This document shows, one piece after another, positions 47,351 to 58,497 of a stretch of 64,000 nucleotides of DNA (the stretch's first letter is position 1; each line of letters opens with the position of its first letter). The stretch is from a virus. The position numbers and the translations under genes are program-made. The DNA lies in IMG/VR virus record IMGVR_UViG_3300017917_002644, positions 1 to 64,000 of that record. One strand, written 5' to 3'. Below the pieces are notes generated by a model. That model searched no databases. It saw only the letters and a list, made by a program, of their open reading frames with translations, and was not told where the DNA came from.

Positions 47351-50300
47351 TTATTCTACTTCTAATATTGGTTCCGATGAATCTCTACCCGCTTTGCTAA
47401 CTCTTAATGTATTTGGATTAGTTAAGAATGTTTCAACAGGAGAAGAACCATCTAATGTTGTTGCCGCTGTATTTTTTGAACCATTGTAGAAACTATTTTG
47501 TAATCCTCTTGTCAAATCGGAAGTGTTTCTATAATGAGATTTCAAATATCCATTTAATGGTATTACTTCAACTATTTTACCACCAACTGTTGGTATTGTA
47601 GAACCACTGAATGGTTGTATGTTTATTTTAGTTTCGTAATATGTTTCGGTTCCAATTTCCGTATATAATCTATTAGAAATACTTCCAGTTAAGTAGGTAA
47701 ACGTTCTTGTATTTTCTTCTTTAATTACAGATACTCTAACTCTTTCTTTAATACGATTTCCCCTTGCATCATAATAAGTTCGTATAGCAGAACCACTTTG
47801 TGCATATATTCCAAAACCTAAAACTTCGTAATCATTTTGTCCAACTATAATGTTTGAATTTACTAATTCTATTTCACTAATTTTAGTTGAATCACTTAGT
47901 TCTGTGTTTACAACACTATCATAAGTATTAAATTCTGATATAATTGTTATATCATCTTCAGTATTTATGTTTGATTCATATTGATAATTTTCTGAAGTTA
48001 TATTTTCAACTATGTTAGTTGATATATCCGCATTATATTGGTTATTTTCACCAAATAATTCGTAAGTATCCAATGTATTAATTAAAGTTTCATTTTCACT
48101 AACTTCGCCAATAATTTCAGTTGTTTTATCAATTGTTACTTCCCAATCATTTAATTCTCCGGTTGGTTTTTTGTGTTGAATTTTACTTCTTTCTAAAAAG
48201 TGAGGTTCAATCAATAAACCGGTTGTTGCTTTTACTCTCGCAGGCAACATTTGTTTAATATCCTCAAACATTGATTTCTCATATAGTTTGATTAGATTAA
48301 TGTATTGGTAAATATCTCTACCATCAAATCTTTGGAAATAATAATTTCTTAAAGAATCTAATTCGGAATAATTTGGTTTATAAACATTAGATGGGTCACC
48401 AATATAGTTATCCAAATTAAATCCACCTAATGATTTTGCAATATCTAAATTTAATTCTTTTGTTGGTGAAAAGAATAATCCAACTCTATTAGAATCTACT
48501 GGTGATTGGTCAAATGATTTTTTAGTTGCTCTACTTTTTACAGAAAGGTCTGATACTAATGTTTGTTCTTCAAATCTAACTTTGTTTGTAGAGTATCTCG
48601 ATGAACCAATAGATGGTATTTCTAATACTACACTTCTATCAACTGCTTCAAATTGGTATGGATAAGTTGTTATAGAATCAAATCCAATTGCAGATGCGGC
48701 AAATGATGCCGATGGGTTTAGTGAGTAAATTGGTGCAGTTGAACCTTCTTCATAATCGTTTCTTACTAAAGAACCACTAAAGTAGATATTAGTATCAACG
48801 TTTATAAATGAAGAAGTTAATGCTAAGTTTTTAGGATATTCAAAATCTAAACGGAAATACAAATCCTCCGTTGAAGAAGAATATGAATTACCATTTATCA
48901 TTTCAGGAAATGCCACATGCTCAAAGAATCTATCTTTATTCAATGGTGTAGACCACAAACGGAACTCATCAACCGTTCCTACAAAATCATTTCCTAAACG
49001 AATTGTAGAACCATTTTCCCAATTTGATTGATTTAATTCTAATGTATCATCAAAACTAAATATAGTTCTTTCTCCATCTACTTGTTTTAAGAATAGAGAC
49101 ATTGTTACATCCGATGCACTACCAGTTGTTCTACTAACTTCAATACCAAAATACCTACTATTAAATAATGGTAAAGTATTTGATTGTAAAGTTTGTAAAT
49201 TTGTTGATTCTGAAACATTTAATGATACAGTTCCATATTTACTATTTAAAGAACCACTAATTGTTACGTCCCAACCACTTCCTGAAATTATGGTGTAAGT
49301 TCCTGAAGTTTGTGGTTTTAGAAATACTTCAATTGTGTCTGGTTTTCTATTTTTATTGGTATTTTTCCATTCAAATTCAACAGATGAACCACTTATCATA
49401 TTCAATACAGTGGTTATATTATCCATTAAAAGTTTTGATTTTCCAGTATCGGTAACCTCTGGTCCACCGAATTCTAAAATTGAAAGGTTAGATGATGGAA
49501 TACCATAACAACTCAAAAGAGCGTATATACCTTTTCTTGTTCCTCTATTTTTTAGAAGATATGGTAAGTTGTTTACAATTCTTCTCCATACTTCGTTTGT
49601 TCTTTGTTTTGCAGGATTTGTTTCTTTTATATTTCCTTCTGAATCTAATCCAAACGTATAGTTCCAAAGTTTAGAATCTGATGATAAGTTTTTAGCATCC
49701 CAACTTAAAGATTTAAGAGTATCAAATAATAATTTATCAGAAATACCATTTTTAGATTTATATCCTAATCCTCTACTTTTTTCAATTGCTTTTGTGTGAT
49801 AGTAAATATTATCAAAATGTTGACCTATCATTGATAAGAATAACAATAAACTTGCGTTTTCTTCGTTATTTACAATATATTGAGGAATATTATTTTGAAC
49901 CCAATTGTAATTATTTACATCGTAATTTTCAGCTAATGTAATTATATTTTCATACCAATTTGCAACTTCAGTAGATGTACTATCGTATCTATTATTCAAA
50001 TCAATGTGTGGCCAAGATAAAGAAGATGATGTAAATAATACTTTTTCAAATCCATCAAATCCATTTATTAGTTGGTTCTTTTTTAAAGTTTGTCTTTCAA
50101 CCTCTTGTTGTGATGAAATTGATGAAGTAAATGCCGCATTTCCGATTGAATACACATCGGTAGATGCACTTAGAATAAGATTATCATATAATTCTATTAG
50201 TTGAACTTTATAAACAAAATTATCAACTCTTTCTTTTGCCGAACTAAAGTGAACAAAGTTACTCCACAAATAATTTGTTCCATCTGTATATTGAATATTT

Positions 50301-52504
50301 AAATCATCTGTATTTACTAAAGATGAACTTAAATAAGTTGATACTAAATTTGCCGATGAAGTTACTTCAGTAGAAAATATAAGATTATCTAATGATTCAA
50401 AATTAGTAGATTGTCCTTTTACAAAATCAACATCTATATTAAAGTTTGGTCCTTTTAGTGGAGGGCATTTAATATCATCTTGTTCTGTAAGAACAACCGT
50501 TTCAATTAAAGGATTACTCATTAATTTAGTAATCCAAAAAGTTGAGTTTTCAACTACATTTGCAGGAAGTGGTGTATATAGTTTTAATATTATTGAATTT
50601 ACAACTTCAGTAACTATTATATTACCAATTTCATCTTCTTCTTTTTTAGATAATGTAAAATCATCTGTTTCCCAAGATGAAATTAAAATCTGTTCGTTAT
50701 TTCCAAAATTAGCTAAATGTGTTAAATACTTACTATCTTTTTCAGGTTCAATTACAGTTAAAGTTTCTGCAAATGCATCGTAAATAGATTTTTCTAAGAT
50801 AGTTTCATCTATTTCAAAAGATGGAAAAACTAATTGTGTAGATATTTCATAATCATTACCAATTAATTCTTCTGCACCACTTCTATTGTATGGTTTTAAT
50901 ACTAATGTTATTTTATCAGAACCAACCCAATTTGCGTAACTTTCTCTTAGTTTTTTAAGATTAATTACCACATCTCCGTTTTGTGGTTGATTTTGGAATA
51001 AAGGAGTTAGAGTATTATCTTTTAACTTTAAGAAAATATCTACACTCGTTGCCGCAAATGTTGAATATGATAAATTGTAATCTATGTTAAAATCTGAAAA
51101 AGATGGAATATCTATATTATCAACATATATAACCTCTGTGATAGATGGGAAATCGTTTATTGCAGTATAAGTAATAATCGTTTCTGCTTTACCACCTGTT
51201 CCAAAGTTTTCACTATACGCTACAAATATAACTCTCTTAGAACCATATACTTCATTAAAATCTTTTTGAAAGAATAATGATACTTGTTTATCTGATGCAG
51301 GTACTCTTAGTACTTTTTCAGAAGATAAATAAACTAATACATAATCCGCATTTTCAGTTGTAAATGGAATTATGATTTCTTTTTCAGTATCGGATTCTTT
51401 TACCCTAACATCAAATTGAGTTTGAGATAAAGTAATTGTTGGTTCTTCAAATTTTACTTCTTTTTCTAATATTACTGCAACTGCAATACCACCAGATGTT
51501 AATATGTTAGCAGGAACTTTAAATGAACTAACCGTAGGTGTCCATTTACTGTAATCACCTCCATCCGAATTAACTGCATTTGTTTTTGTAGTATAATAGT
51601 AATTTGTTACAGCATATCCAATTGGAATATCAGTTTGAATATTTACTGCTATTTCCGCATCTTTTATTACAGAGTTTTGTAATTGTTTATTATCTGTGTT
51701 ACCATCTTGTAATGTTATAACATCTTCATCAACCAAACCATCTTTGTAGAAAATTTGATAATTCATTTTTACCAAATCTCCTAATTCATTTGTAAAGTTT
51801 GATGTAAACGCGATTTCGTAATTTATTATAGTATCATCAGAAATTACATCTCTACTATCAGTTGATGTTTGTGTTTTAAAATTTAATGTATATGTACCGT
51901 ATGTGCTATCATATGGTGTTGTACTTTCTTGCACATAATCAGAACCATTCCAAGTATATTTTTTAACTACCAATTGTTCAGCATATTGATAATCAATAAG
52001 AGTTATTGGTTCTTTTATATTGTAATAATAATCAAAATTATAAAAAGTACCAAATGTATTAAATTGAGATGAAATTACAGTAGGTTCTAATATTGGAACT
52101 ATTGGTTCTGCAATTACAGTTGTGTCTTGATATTTTTTTACAATCTCAACTTCATAATAAAATAATGATTTAAGATTTAATGATTCAAAAGTGTAAGTTC
52201 TTTTTGAACCAAATGTAGTTGATGGTGAATATACAATACTAACCGATGGTCCAATTCCTTTCGATACCCCATCCTCAAAAAACTCACCAGGTATTGTTGC
52301 ATCTTCTGAAATTAAGTTTATAGTAAGTGGTTTTTCTGTATCACCTACATATGAAGGTGGAACAAATACCGGATTTATTTCAGTTGGTGGTGTGTATGTG
52401 CCACCACCTCCACCACCACTATCGTATTGGAAAGCAGTATATTCACCAGTACCATTATATACTGATTGAATTCCGTCTTCGTATGCTTCTTTATATATTG
52501 ACAT
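47351..52504 (-). CDS. Large baseplate wedge-type protein (P2 gpI/T4 gp7-like core) with a LamG-like domain
   Basis: FLSMIGQHFD..WRRIVNNLPYLLKNRGTRKGIYALLSCYG; VDEFRLWSTPL; baseplate context. Confidence 0.6.
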   Translation of the reverse strand: MSIYKEAYEDGIQSVYNGTGEYTAFQYDSGGGGGGTYTPPTEINPVFVPPSYVGDTEKPLTINLISEDATIPGEFFEDGVSKGIGPSVSIVYSPSTTFGSKRTYTFESLNLKSLFYYEVEIVKKYQDTTVIAEPIVPILEPTVISSQFNTFGTFYNFDYYYNIKEPITLIDYQYAEQLVVKKYTWNGSDYVQESTTPYDSTYGTYTLNFKTQTSTDSRDVISDDTIINYEIAFTSNFTNELGDLVKMNYQIFYKDGLVDEDVITLQDGNTDNKQLQNSVIKDAEIAVNIQTDIPIGYAVTNYYYTTKTNAVNSDGGDYSKWTPTVSSFKVPANILTSGGIAVAVILEKEVKFEEPTITLSQTQFDVRVKESDTEKEIIIPFTTENADYVLVYLSSEKVLRVPASDKQVSLFFQKDFNEVYGSKRVIFVAYSENFGTGGKAETIITYTAINDFPSITEVIYVDNIDIPSFSDFNIDYNLSYSTFAATSVDIFLKLKDNTLTPLFQNQPQNGDVVINLKKLRESYANWVGSDKITLVLKPYNRSGAEELIGNDYEISTQLVFPSFEIDETILEKSIYDAFAETLTVIEPEKDSKYLTHLANFGNNEQILISSWETDDFTLSKKEEDEIGNIIVTEVVNSIILKLYTPLPANVVENSTFWITKLMSNPLIETVVLTEQDDIKCPPLKGPNFNIDVDFVKGQSTNFESLDNLIFSTEVTSSANLVSTYLSSSLVNTDDLNIQYTDGTNYLWSNFVHFSSAKERVDNFVYKVQLIELYDNLILSASTDVYSIGNAAFTSSISSQQEVERQTLKKNQLINGFDGFEKVLFTSSSLSWPHIDLNNRYDSTSTEVANWYENIITLAENYDVNNYNWVQNNIPQYIVNNEENASLLLFLSMIGQHFDNIYYHTKAIEKSRGLGYKSKNGISDKLLFDTLKSLSWDAKNLSSDSKLWNYTFGLDSEGNIKETNPAKQRTNEVWRRIVNNLPYLLKNRGTRKGIYALLSCYGIPSSNLSILEFGGPEVTDTGKSKLLMDNITTVLNMISGSSVEFEWKNTNKNRKPDTIEVFLKPQTSGTYTIISGSGWDVTISGSLNSKYGTVSLNVSESTNLQTLQSNTLPLFNSRYFGIEVSRTTGSASDVTMSLFLKQVDGERTIFSFDDTLELNQSNWENGSTIRLGNDFVGTVDEFRLWSTPLNKDRFFEHVAFPEMINGNSYSSSTEDLYFRLDFEYPKNLALTSSFINVDTNIYFSGSLVRNDYEEGSTAPIYSLNPSASFAASAIGFDSITTYPYQFEAVDRSVVLEIPSIGSSRYSTNKVRFEEQTLVSDLSVKSRATKKSFDQSPVDSNRVGLFFSPTKELNLDIAKSLGGFNLDNYIGDPSNVYKPNYSELDSLRNYYFQRFDGRDIYQYINLIKLYEKSMFEDIKQMLPARVKATTGLLIEPHFLERSKIQHKKPTGELNDWEVTIDKTTEIIGEVSENETLINTLDTYELFGENNQYNADISTNIVENITSENYQYESNINTEDDITIISEFNTYDSVVNTELSDSTKISEIELVNSNIIVGQNDYEVLGFGIYAQSGSAIRTYYDARGNRIKERVRVSVIKEENTRTFTYLTGSISNRLYTEIGTETYYETKINIQPFSGSTIPTVGGKIVEVIPLNGYLKSHYRNTSDLTRGLQNSFYNGSKNTAATTLDGSSPVETFLTNPNTLRVSKAGRDSSEPILEVE

Positions 52505-52513
52505 TTAGTTTAC

Positions 52514-52522
52514 TATAAATAT
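52514..52522 (-). promoter_or_regulatory. Putative late promoter ATATTTATA
   Basis: Fills the 19-nt gap upstream of ATG 52504. Confidence 0.6.
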
Positions 52523-52523
52523 A

Positions 52524-53831
52524 TTATTGTACCATTTCTTTTGTTCTATCTTCATAGATGTACCTTTCTTCAAAAAATTGGCCATTATCATAGAAGTATC
52601 CTCCTCCACCTCCACCTACACTAACAATTGGTTGTGGTTCTAAAATGGGTTGAGGTTCAATTACCAATGGTGGTTCTATTACAGGTGTAGGTTCATATAT
52701 TGGTTGTATTGGTGCAACTGGAGTAGGTTCTGGTTGAAGAACCGGTGTATCAGTTGGTGGTACTTCTGTTACAGGATATGTTACAATCGGTGGTTGTTGT
52801 GATGTATCATCAAATGTAACTGATACTTTATCGGGTGAATAAACATTTCTTTTAATGTCAACCGGTGTTTGAAATTTATCAACTGTATCTTTTATTTCTT
52901 TTCTTAATTCTACAACAGAAAACTCTTTAGGTATTGATTTAAGAGTAATATCCCTTCTTTTAATTGTTTTTATGTTGTTATTTATAGAAGTGTATAAAAT
53001 CTTTTGAGTTTCTGCCAATAATTGTTCAAAATCATATTGTTCACAATCTTCAAATCTTTTTGGTAAAGCAGGTTTTCCGTAATTTGATTGAGTTATATCA
53101 TAATGCTTATTTTCCAACCAATATGTAACACTTTCTTTAAAATTTAAAAATATACGATTTCTAAATCCTTCAAAATTAGAAATTCCAAAATCTTTTTTAA
53201 GAACAGATAAAAAATCATTACCAAATTTTGAAATAAGAACATCGTTTATTTTTGAAATACTATTTAGTTCAAAAGAATCCAAAGTGTCTAATATTCTTTT
53301 TTTATAATATTTGAAATCCTGATTTAAGTTATTTATATTAAAAAAATCTTTTCTGTTTTTTTGAGTTATAACTTCATCACTAACTTTTAATGGTAAGATA
53401 CGAACTTCTTCTCTCGATGGAGAGATTTCTTGCACCCACACTCTGGTCAATTCATTATCTGAACCCACTCTGTTACGAACAAAGTTTATGTTTACTTTAA
53501 GAATACCGTTTGTAAATCCTAAATTGTTTAATAATTTTTCTACATCAATAGCAAATTCTTTTTTACCAGATGTGGTGGTAACATTATACATATAATTTTT
53601 AATATCACCTGTTTTTATGTAGGCAACATTATTACCTGATTTTTGTGGAAGTAAATTATTATTTACATCGTAAACAGATACTTCCATTACATCGTATTTA
53701 CATTCACCAAAATCAGTATCTTGGATTTCTTTTTTTGTGACAATAAAGAAATCTTCATATTGAAGGAATTTACCCTCATTATCAACATTTCTATTTATAT
53801 CATCAATATTTGTATATTTTGTAATACTCAT
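52524..53831 (-). CDS. Hypothetical virion protein with a Pro/Glu-rich tail
   Basis: QEISPSREEVRI; C-terminal (I/L)EP repeats and GGGGGG. Confidence 0.55.
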   Translation of the reverse strand: MSITKYTNIDDINRNVDNEGKFLQYEDFFIVTKKEIQDTDFGECKYDVMEVSVYDVNNNLLPQKSGNNVAYIKTGDIKNYMYNVTTTSGKKEFAIDVEKLLNNLGFTNGILKVNINFVRNRVGSDNELTRVWVQEISPSREEVRILPLKVSDEVITQKNRKDFFNINNLNQDFKYYKKRILDTLDSFELNSISKINDVLISKFGNDFLSVLKKDFGISNFEGFRNRIFLNFKESVTYWLENKHYDITQSNYGKPALPKRFEDCEQYDFEQLLAETQKILYTSINNNIKTIKRRDITLKSIPKEFSVVELRKEIKDTVDKFQTPVDIKRNVYSPDKVSVTFDDTSQQPPIVTYPVTEVPPTDTPVLQPEPTPVAPIQPIYEPTPVIEPPLVIEPQPILEPQPIVSVGGGGGGYFYDNGQFFEERYIYEDRTKEMVQ

Positions 53832-53837
53832 AATCTA

Positions 53838-54953
53838 TTAATAAGATTTAGGATGTGCTATTCTTAAATTGGTTTTATATTGTTTTCCTTTTTCAGTACC
53901 ATCACTTCTTTTAACGTTTATATCGAATGTACCAGTGTATTCTTTGGTACTACCTCTTTTACTCCAGCTTCCCATTCCGGATGGTATCCATTTTAATGTT
54001 ATTTTATCTGTTCCACCCGCAGGAATTGTAAATGATGTTTTTGGAATTGAAAACCAATCTCTTCCGGTTGGGAAATTGTGTTTCAATGTTACTGTTACAT
54101 CGGAATTATCGTTGTTTGTGAATTCCATAGTTTCACCCGCAACCCAAGCATGCGCATTATCTCTTGCGTTTTTGAATTTAAGTTTAATATCACCATCTTC
54201 TACTGGAGAAGGTGTAAACTTAACAATCACAACATCATTTATAACATCACCACCAATTGCTGCTGCTAAATTAGAAGCAGATTGTTGAATTGCTTGTTGA
54301 TTTTGCACTGCTCCTAATTGAGATTGTAAACCTTCAATAATTGCGTTTAATGAATCTACTAATTTAATAAGTGCTTCAATCTGTGCTTTGAATCCTGTAT
54401 TTTGAGATTGTAGTGATGCTCTCAATATTGATTCCTCTACCGATTTTTGTACTGCGTTTTGTATTTGGTTTGCAAAATCTTGTATAGTTGCAGATAGGGT
54501 ATCTAACTGATTTGCCAATGCATCATTAGATTGTTCAATTGCCAATCTGTTATTTATTTCAGTTTGTATTTGTCCTTCTAAATCTGCAATAGTTGTGTTT
54601 AGGTTTGTAACTTCAGTAGTTAAATCCGCAACTTGCTGTCTTAAATCTTCATTTTCCGCAACTTGCTCATCGTAGATAGGTCTTGGAACTAAATCTCTTC
54701 TTGTAGCAGGTATGTTGGGTTTTAATTCTTTAACCTCAACATCAATTGCTTTTACCAACTCCTCATTATCGTATTTATCTTTATGTAATGGTTTAAATAC
54801 TAAAGAAGTTGCTACATCGGTTTCATCAACCACAGTTATTCCATAATCATTTTTAGAAATAGCAGCAGAACCCGATACCTTTAGAATATCTTCCAAAAGT
54901 TCTTTTCTTTTTTCTTCTAATTTCTCAGCAATTGCTTCTAAAGATGTTGCCAT
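53838..54953 (-). CDS. Coiled-coil plus C-terminal Ig-like virion protein
   Basis: Long heptad region aa ~95-230; C-terminal beta-sandwich pattern (FTIPAGGT..ITLKW). Confidence 0.55.
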   Translation of the reverse strand: MATSLEAIAEKLEEKRKELLEDILKVSGSAAISKNDYGITVVDETDVATSLVFKPLHKDKYDNEELVKAIDVEVKELKPNIPATRRDLVPRPIYDEQVAENEDLRQQVADLTTEVTNLNTTIADLEGQIQTEINNRLAIEQSNDALANQLDTLSATIQDFANQIQNAVQKSVEESILRASLQSQNTGFKAQIEALIKLVDSLNAIIEGLQSQLGAVQNQQAIQQSASNLAAAIGGDVINDVVIVKFTPSPVEDGDIKLKFKNARDNAHAWVAGETMEFTNNDNSDVTVTLKHNFPTGRDWFSIPKTSFTIPAGGTDKITLKWIPSGMGSWSKRGSTKEYTGTFDINVKRSDGTEKGKQYKTNLRIAHPKSY

Positions 54954-54954
54954 T

Positions 54955-56022
54955 TTATACTATTTCAAATGTAGATTTATCATCTATAATGTATTCAATT
55001 CCACTTTGAATTACTTTAGTTTTTAACAAATAAGTTCTATTTTCTGGCAATGTATTCAAATCCATTATGAAATAACTACCTCTTTCATCACAACTTAATT
55101 GTGTATATTCACCAAATGGAAATATTACCTCTTGAGTAACGTAATCCTCTAACTGATAATAAGATGATGTTGGTAAATGACTCGTATTATCGTAATCAAA
55201 AAATCCGCTAAAAGTTCTTAAAGGATATAACTCTCTACCTTTTACTCTAACTTTTACTTTACCATCTTTTGGATATCTTGCTTTTAAATTTGAATAAACA
55301 ACTTTAAAGTTTTCTTCAGGTATTTCATTAAGTGAACCTGTTGTAAATGAAAAATCATTCCAAACTAATTCCAATTTAGGTTCGTATATAGTATGAGTTT
55401 CTTTTGAGAAAAATTTTAATACACCATAATCTAATGTATCGTTTTCATTATTTAAACCATGATGAACTATAAATCCATTATTAGGTAATGAACCACTAAC
55501 CCATAAAGATACTATACCACTAACATCCATTCTAACATCATCCGGCTCATAGTTGTATGATTGAGATGATTGAGATGCGGTGTACCAAGTTCCACCCTCT
55601 GCGTTTGCAGACCCAGTTGTCCCTGCAGTAAACACTGCCGTTCCTGCTACAACATTATCTTGCCAAGTATCGGTTCCATTTCTATATTTCCAACTTACAC
55701 CATCTGATGTTATATTATCAAATTTAGTACCAGTTCCCATAGTCCAACTTTGAGAAACTGCATTAGCGTAAATTGTATATTCTAATGGGATTTCTTCTGA
55801 ATTTGCAGATTTTAAATTTAAGTATGCTTTCCAACTTCCACTTATTTCTGAAATTGAAGATGATATTTCTGTTAAATTAAATTTAATTAAAGCTCTTGCT
55901 ATATCTTTAGATGAACCATAATATAATTTACCTACTTCTAACACCTCATCTCTTCCTGCATTTTGGTCTGGTTGTTGTAAGTAAATACTTGCATCGTACT
56001 GTGATGTGAATAATTTATGCAT
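54955..56022 (-). CDS. DNRLRE-like domain virion protein
   Basis: DASIY..NAG..LEVG..RALIKFNL..AYLNL..FFSKE..PKLEL pattern. Confidence 0.6.
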   Translation of the reverse strand: MHKLFTSQYDASIYLQQPDQNAGRDEVLEVGKLYYGSSKDIARALIKFNLTEISSSISEISGSWKAYLNLKSANSEEIPLEYTIYANAVSQSWTMGTGTKFDNITSDGVSWKYRNGTDTWQDNVVAGTAVFTAGTTGSANAEGGTWYTASQSSQSYNYEPDDVRMDVSGIVSLWVSGSLPNNGFIVHHGLNNENDTLDYGVLKFFSKETHTIYEPKLELVWNDFSFTTGSLNEIPEENFKVVYSNLKARYPKDGKVKVRVKGRELYPLRTFSGFFDYDNTSHLPTSSYYQLEDYVTQEVIFPFGEYTQLSCDERGSYFIMDLNTLPENRTYLLKTKVIQSGIEYIIDDKSTFEIV

Positions 56023-58049
56023 TATAGAGCCCTCCCTTTTATATCTTTATTTGGATATTTAACTTCAAAAACGCAAGGGTCTAAAGATGGATATACCATT
56101 TTACCAACCGTTGCTTCATCTATGTTGTAACGATTTTCAGAATAGTTTTCACCATTATCCGATTTACATATATTATAAACTTTAACAGATGGAACACTCA
56201 TTACACCTTCAATATTTGCAAGTAATAATTCTATCTCTGAAATGTTTATTGGTTTGTTGAAAGTCCATTTATCTATATTAAAGTAATCTTGCATTTCAGT
56301 TAAACACGCTGCCAAAACTTCTCTTTTATTATAATTTGAATAAGTAATAATTTCAAAATCAACACCTATATTTACAATAAATCCATCTATAATATTTACA
56401 CCATCTGTCAACATTCTGTATTCACTTAAATATGTTTTTAAGTTTTGTTTAACTGCAGAGTTTAATTGTGTTAGTTTTTTATTTGCATCATATCCTAAAA
56501 CGTACATATTGATTGCAAATGGATTATTCACTTCTGAAATTGCCGTTTTCTTTTGAGAAAGATATTTAACTAATTCTTTTTGTATTTCGGATGTTGATTT
56601 ATCTTTCAACCCCTCTACTACACCAACAAACTCTGCTATATTTTTAGGGGAAGCTAATATAGATGATGGTGAATTATTATCAATCTCTCCATCAGGAGAA
56701 ACGTAAACTTTTGAAACACTACCATATCTTTCAGGCATTGATAATGCTCTAACTACATAATCTTGTCTTGTTACTGCTCGGTTTTGTGAACCAAATGCAG
56801 CTAATGCATTTTGTCTAATTTCTTCAATACTCTCACTACCTCTTCCACCAACCGCGGCTTCTAAATTTTCAACCGCAACCGATTGTTTTATTGTTAAATA
56901 TAATGATTGATTTTCAACCGATAGTAAATCTTCTTCAAATTCTATTCTTCTTATTGTTGTTAAATCACCAACATTTACGTTTGATTCAACTCCACCTCCA
57001 ACTAAATATTTTACAGTTAAGGTTTTATTTACAGGTGTTATTCCGAATGTATTTGTTTTTAAGAAATTTGATGGGTCAATACCATCATTTAATCTTTTTA
57101 TAGAATTTGCCAATCCTAATCCAATATTCTTAGTGTTTGGTAAAATAGTTTCATCGGCAAGATTTACATCACCACTACCAAATTGTAAATCAACAGTATT
57201 ATCAGTATTTACTTTTACTGAATATCTGTATGGTACTTTTTGAACTTCTAAAATATATGGTACTGCTGTGTTTTGTGTACTTAACTGCCCATTTTCTTCA
57301 GTATTTGGTTTTTCAACAAATATACTTTCTTGTGCCAAATAAGGGACCTCATACCATTTAGTTGCTCCATCATCCGATGTTACAGATGATACTTCTATTA
57401 CGTTTGTATCGGTTATTGTTACCGATGGATATTCTGTATAATCACCAAAAGTAAATTGAGTTTCTCTTTCAGTTGCAGATATTGCTTTTACTTTTTTAGT
57501 TACCAAATAAAATGTTGGTTCTCCTGTTGTAACATCTCTTTCATAAACATCAATTTCTCTTTCTGTTTCATTTGCAAAATCTATACTATCAACTGTTCTA
57601 AAAATTATATTTGAATTAGTTGTTGCTGTTACTTCTAATCCATCTTTAATTTTAATATAGTATGCCGAATCTGGTCTATTGTTTTGACCAGTTCCTACCG
57701 ATGGTACTAATTGATATACAGTTAAAGTAGTTACTGCAGGAGTTGTTACTTTTGGTTTATATCCCATAGTTTGAGCCAATGCAATAACATTTTTTCTCTC
57801 CGTTGCATGAGATAACATTGATTCTTTAAGTTGTGTATCCTGATAGAATGAAAGAATATCTCCTATCGCAGCTGCCTGTTCAATGAACACCATACCAGGA
57901 GATGCTTCATTGAAATCGGAGTAAGTATTTGGATAGTAAGTTTTTGTAAAATCAATAAGAGTTTGTTTTAATGCTACAAAATCTTTACCAACATAATTTA
58001 TATTCTTATTGTTACTACCAAAACTTTTATTTATAGGTTTTATTGCCAT
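56022..58049 (-). CDS. gp6: Baseplate wedge protein (T4 gp6 / baseplate J-like)
   Basis: DFNEASPG, LSFYQD, FGSG, GGRGSESIEEIR, QNRAVTRQDY. Confidence 0.88.
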   Translation of the reverse strand: MAIKPINKSFGSNNKNINYVGKDFVALKQTLIDFTKTYYPNTYSDFNEASPGMVFIEQAAAIGDILSFYQDTQLKESMLSHATERKNVIALAQTMGYKPKVTTPAVTTLTVYQLVPSVGTGQNNRPDSAYYIKIKDGLEVTATTNSNIIFRTVDSIDFANETEREIDVYERDVTTGEPTFYLVTKKVKAISATERETQFTFGDYTEYPSVTITDTNVIEVSSVTSDDGATKWYEVPYLAQESIFVEKPNTEENGQLSTQNTAVPYILEVQKVPYRYSVKVNTDNTVDLQFGSGDVNLADETILPNTKNIGLGLANSIKRLNDGIDPSNFLKTNTFGITPVNKTLTVKYLVGGGVESNVNVGDLTTIRRIEFEEDLLSVENQSLYLTIKQSVAVENLEAAVGGRGSESIEEIRQNALAAFGSQNRAVTRQDYVVRALSMPERYGSVSKVYVSPDGEIDNNSPSSILASPKNIAEFVGVVEGLKDKSTSEIQKELVKYLSQKKTAISEVNNPFAINMYVLGYDANKKLTQLNSAVKQNLKTYLSEYRMLTDGVNIIDGFIVNIGVDFEIITYSNYNKREVLAACLTEMQDYFNIDKWTFNKPINISEIELLLANIEGVMSVPSVKVYNICKSDNGENYSENRYNIDEATVGKMVYPSLDPCVFEVKYPNKDIKGRAL

Positions 58050-58053
58050 TTAA

Positions 58054-58491
58054 TTAATTATTTATGGTTATATTTACTGTTTCTGACAAATTAGGATTAG
58101 AAGTAAGAGAAAACTTAACCTCTAAATTTACTCTATTTGTATCTATATCGTTTTCATCGTAATCAAATACGATTTCATCTATGTTTAAATAAGGTAACCA
58201 TTTACTAACTGCATCTATAATAGTATTTTCTATTTGAGTTTCAATTTGTCCTTCAACAATTGGTTCAAATAATATTCTCCAAACATCACATCCAAAATCA
58301 GGATTCATTAACCTTTCACCTTTTTTTGTTAAGATTAAATTTGTTAAATTATCTTTTGCTTGAGTTAGTGTAGTATAATTCACAGGAAAAATACCTCCTT
58401 TATCGGAAGTTCTGTTTAATCCTATACCTAATACTTTGTATTCGTTTTCTGTTAAATCGGTTACGTTTACCTTACCTAACTCTATTGCCAT
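58054..58491 (-). CDS. gp25: Baseplate wedge subunit gp25/GPW
   Basis: NLILTKKGERLMNPDFGC..LFEP..WLPY. Confidence 0.9.
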   Translation of the reverse strand: MAIELGKVNVTDLTENEYKVLGIGLNRTSDKGGIFPVNYTTLTQAKDNLTNLILTKKGERLMNPDFGCDVWRILFEPIVEGQIETQIENTIIDAVSKWLPYLNIDEIVFDYDENDIDTNRVNLEVKFSLTSNPNLSETVNITINN

Positions 58492-58497
58492 AATTTA

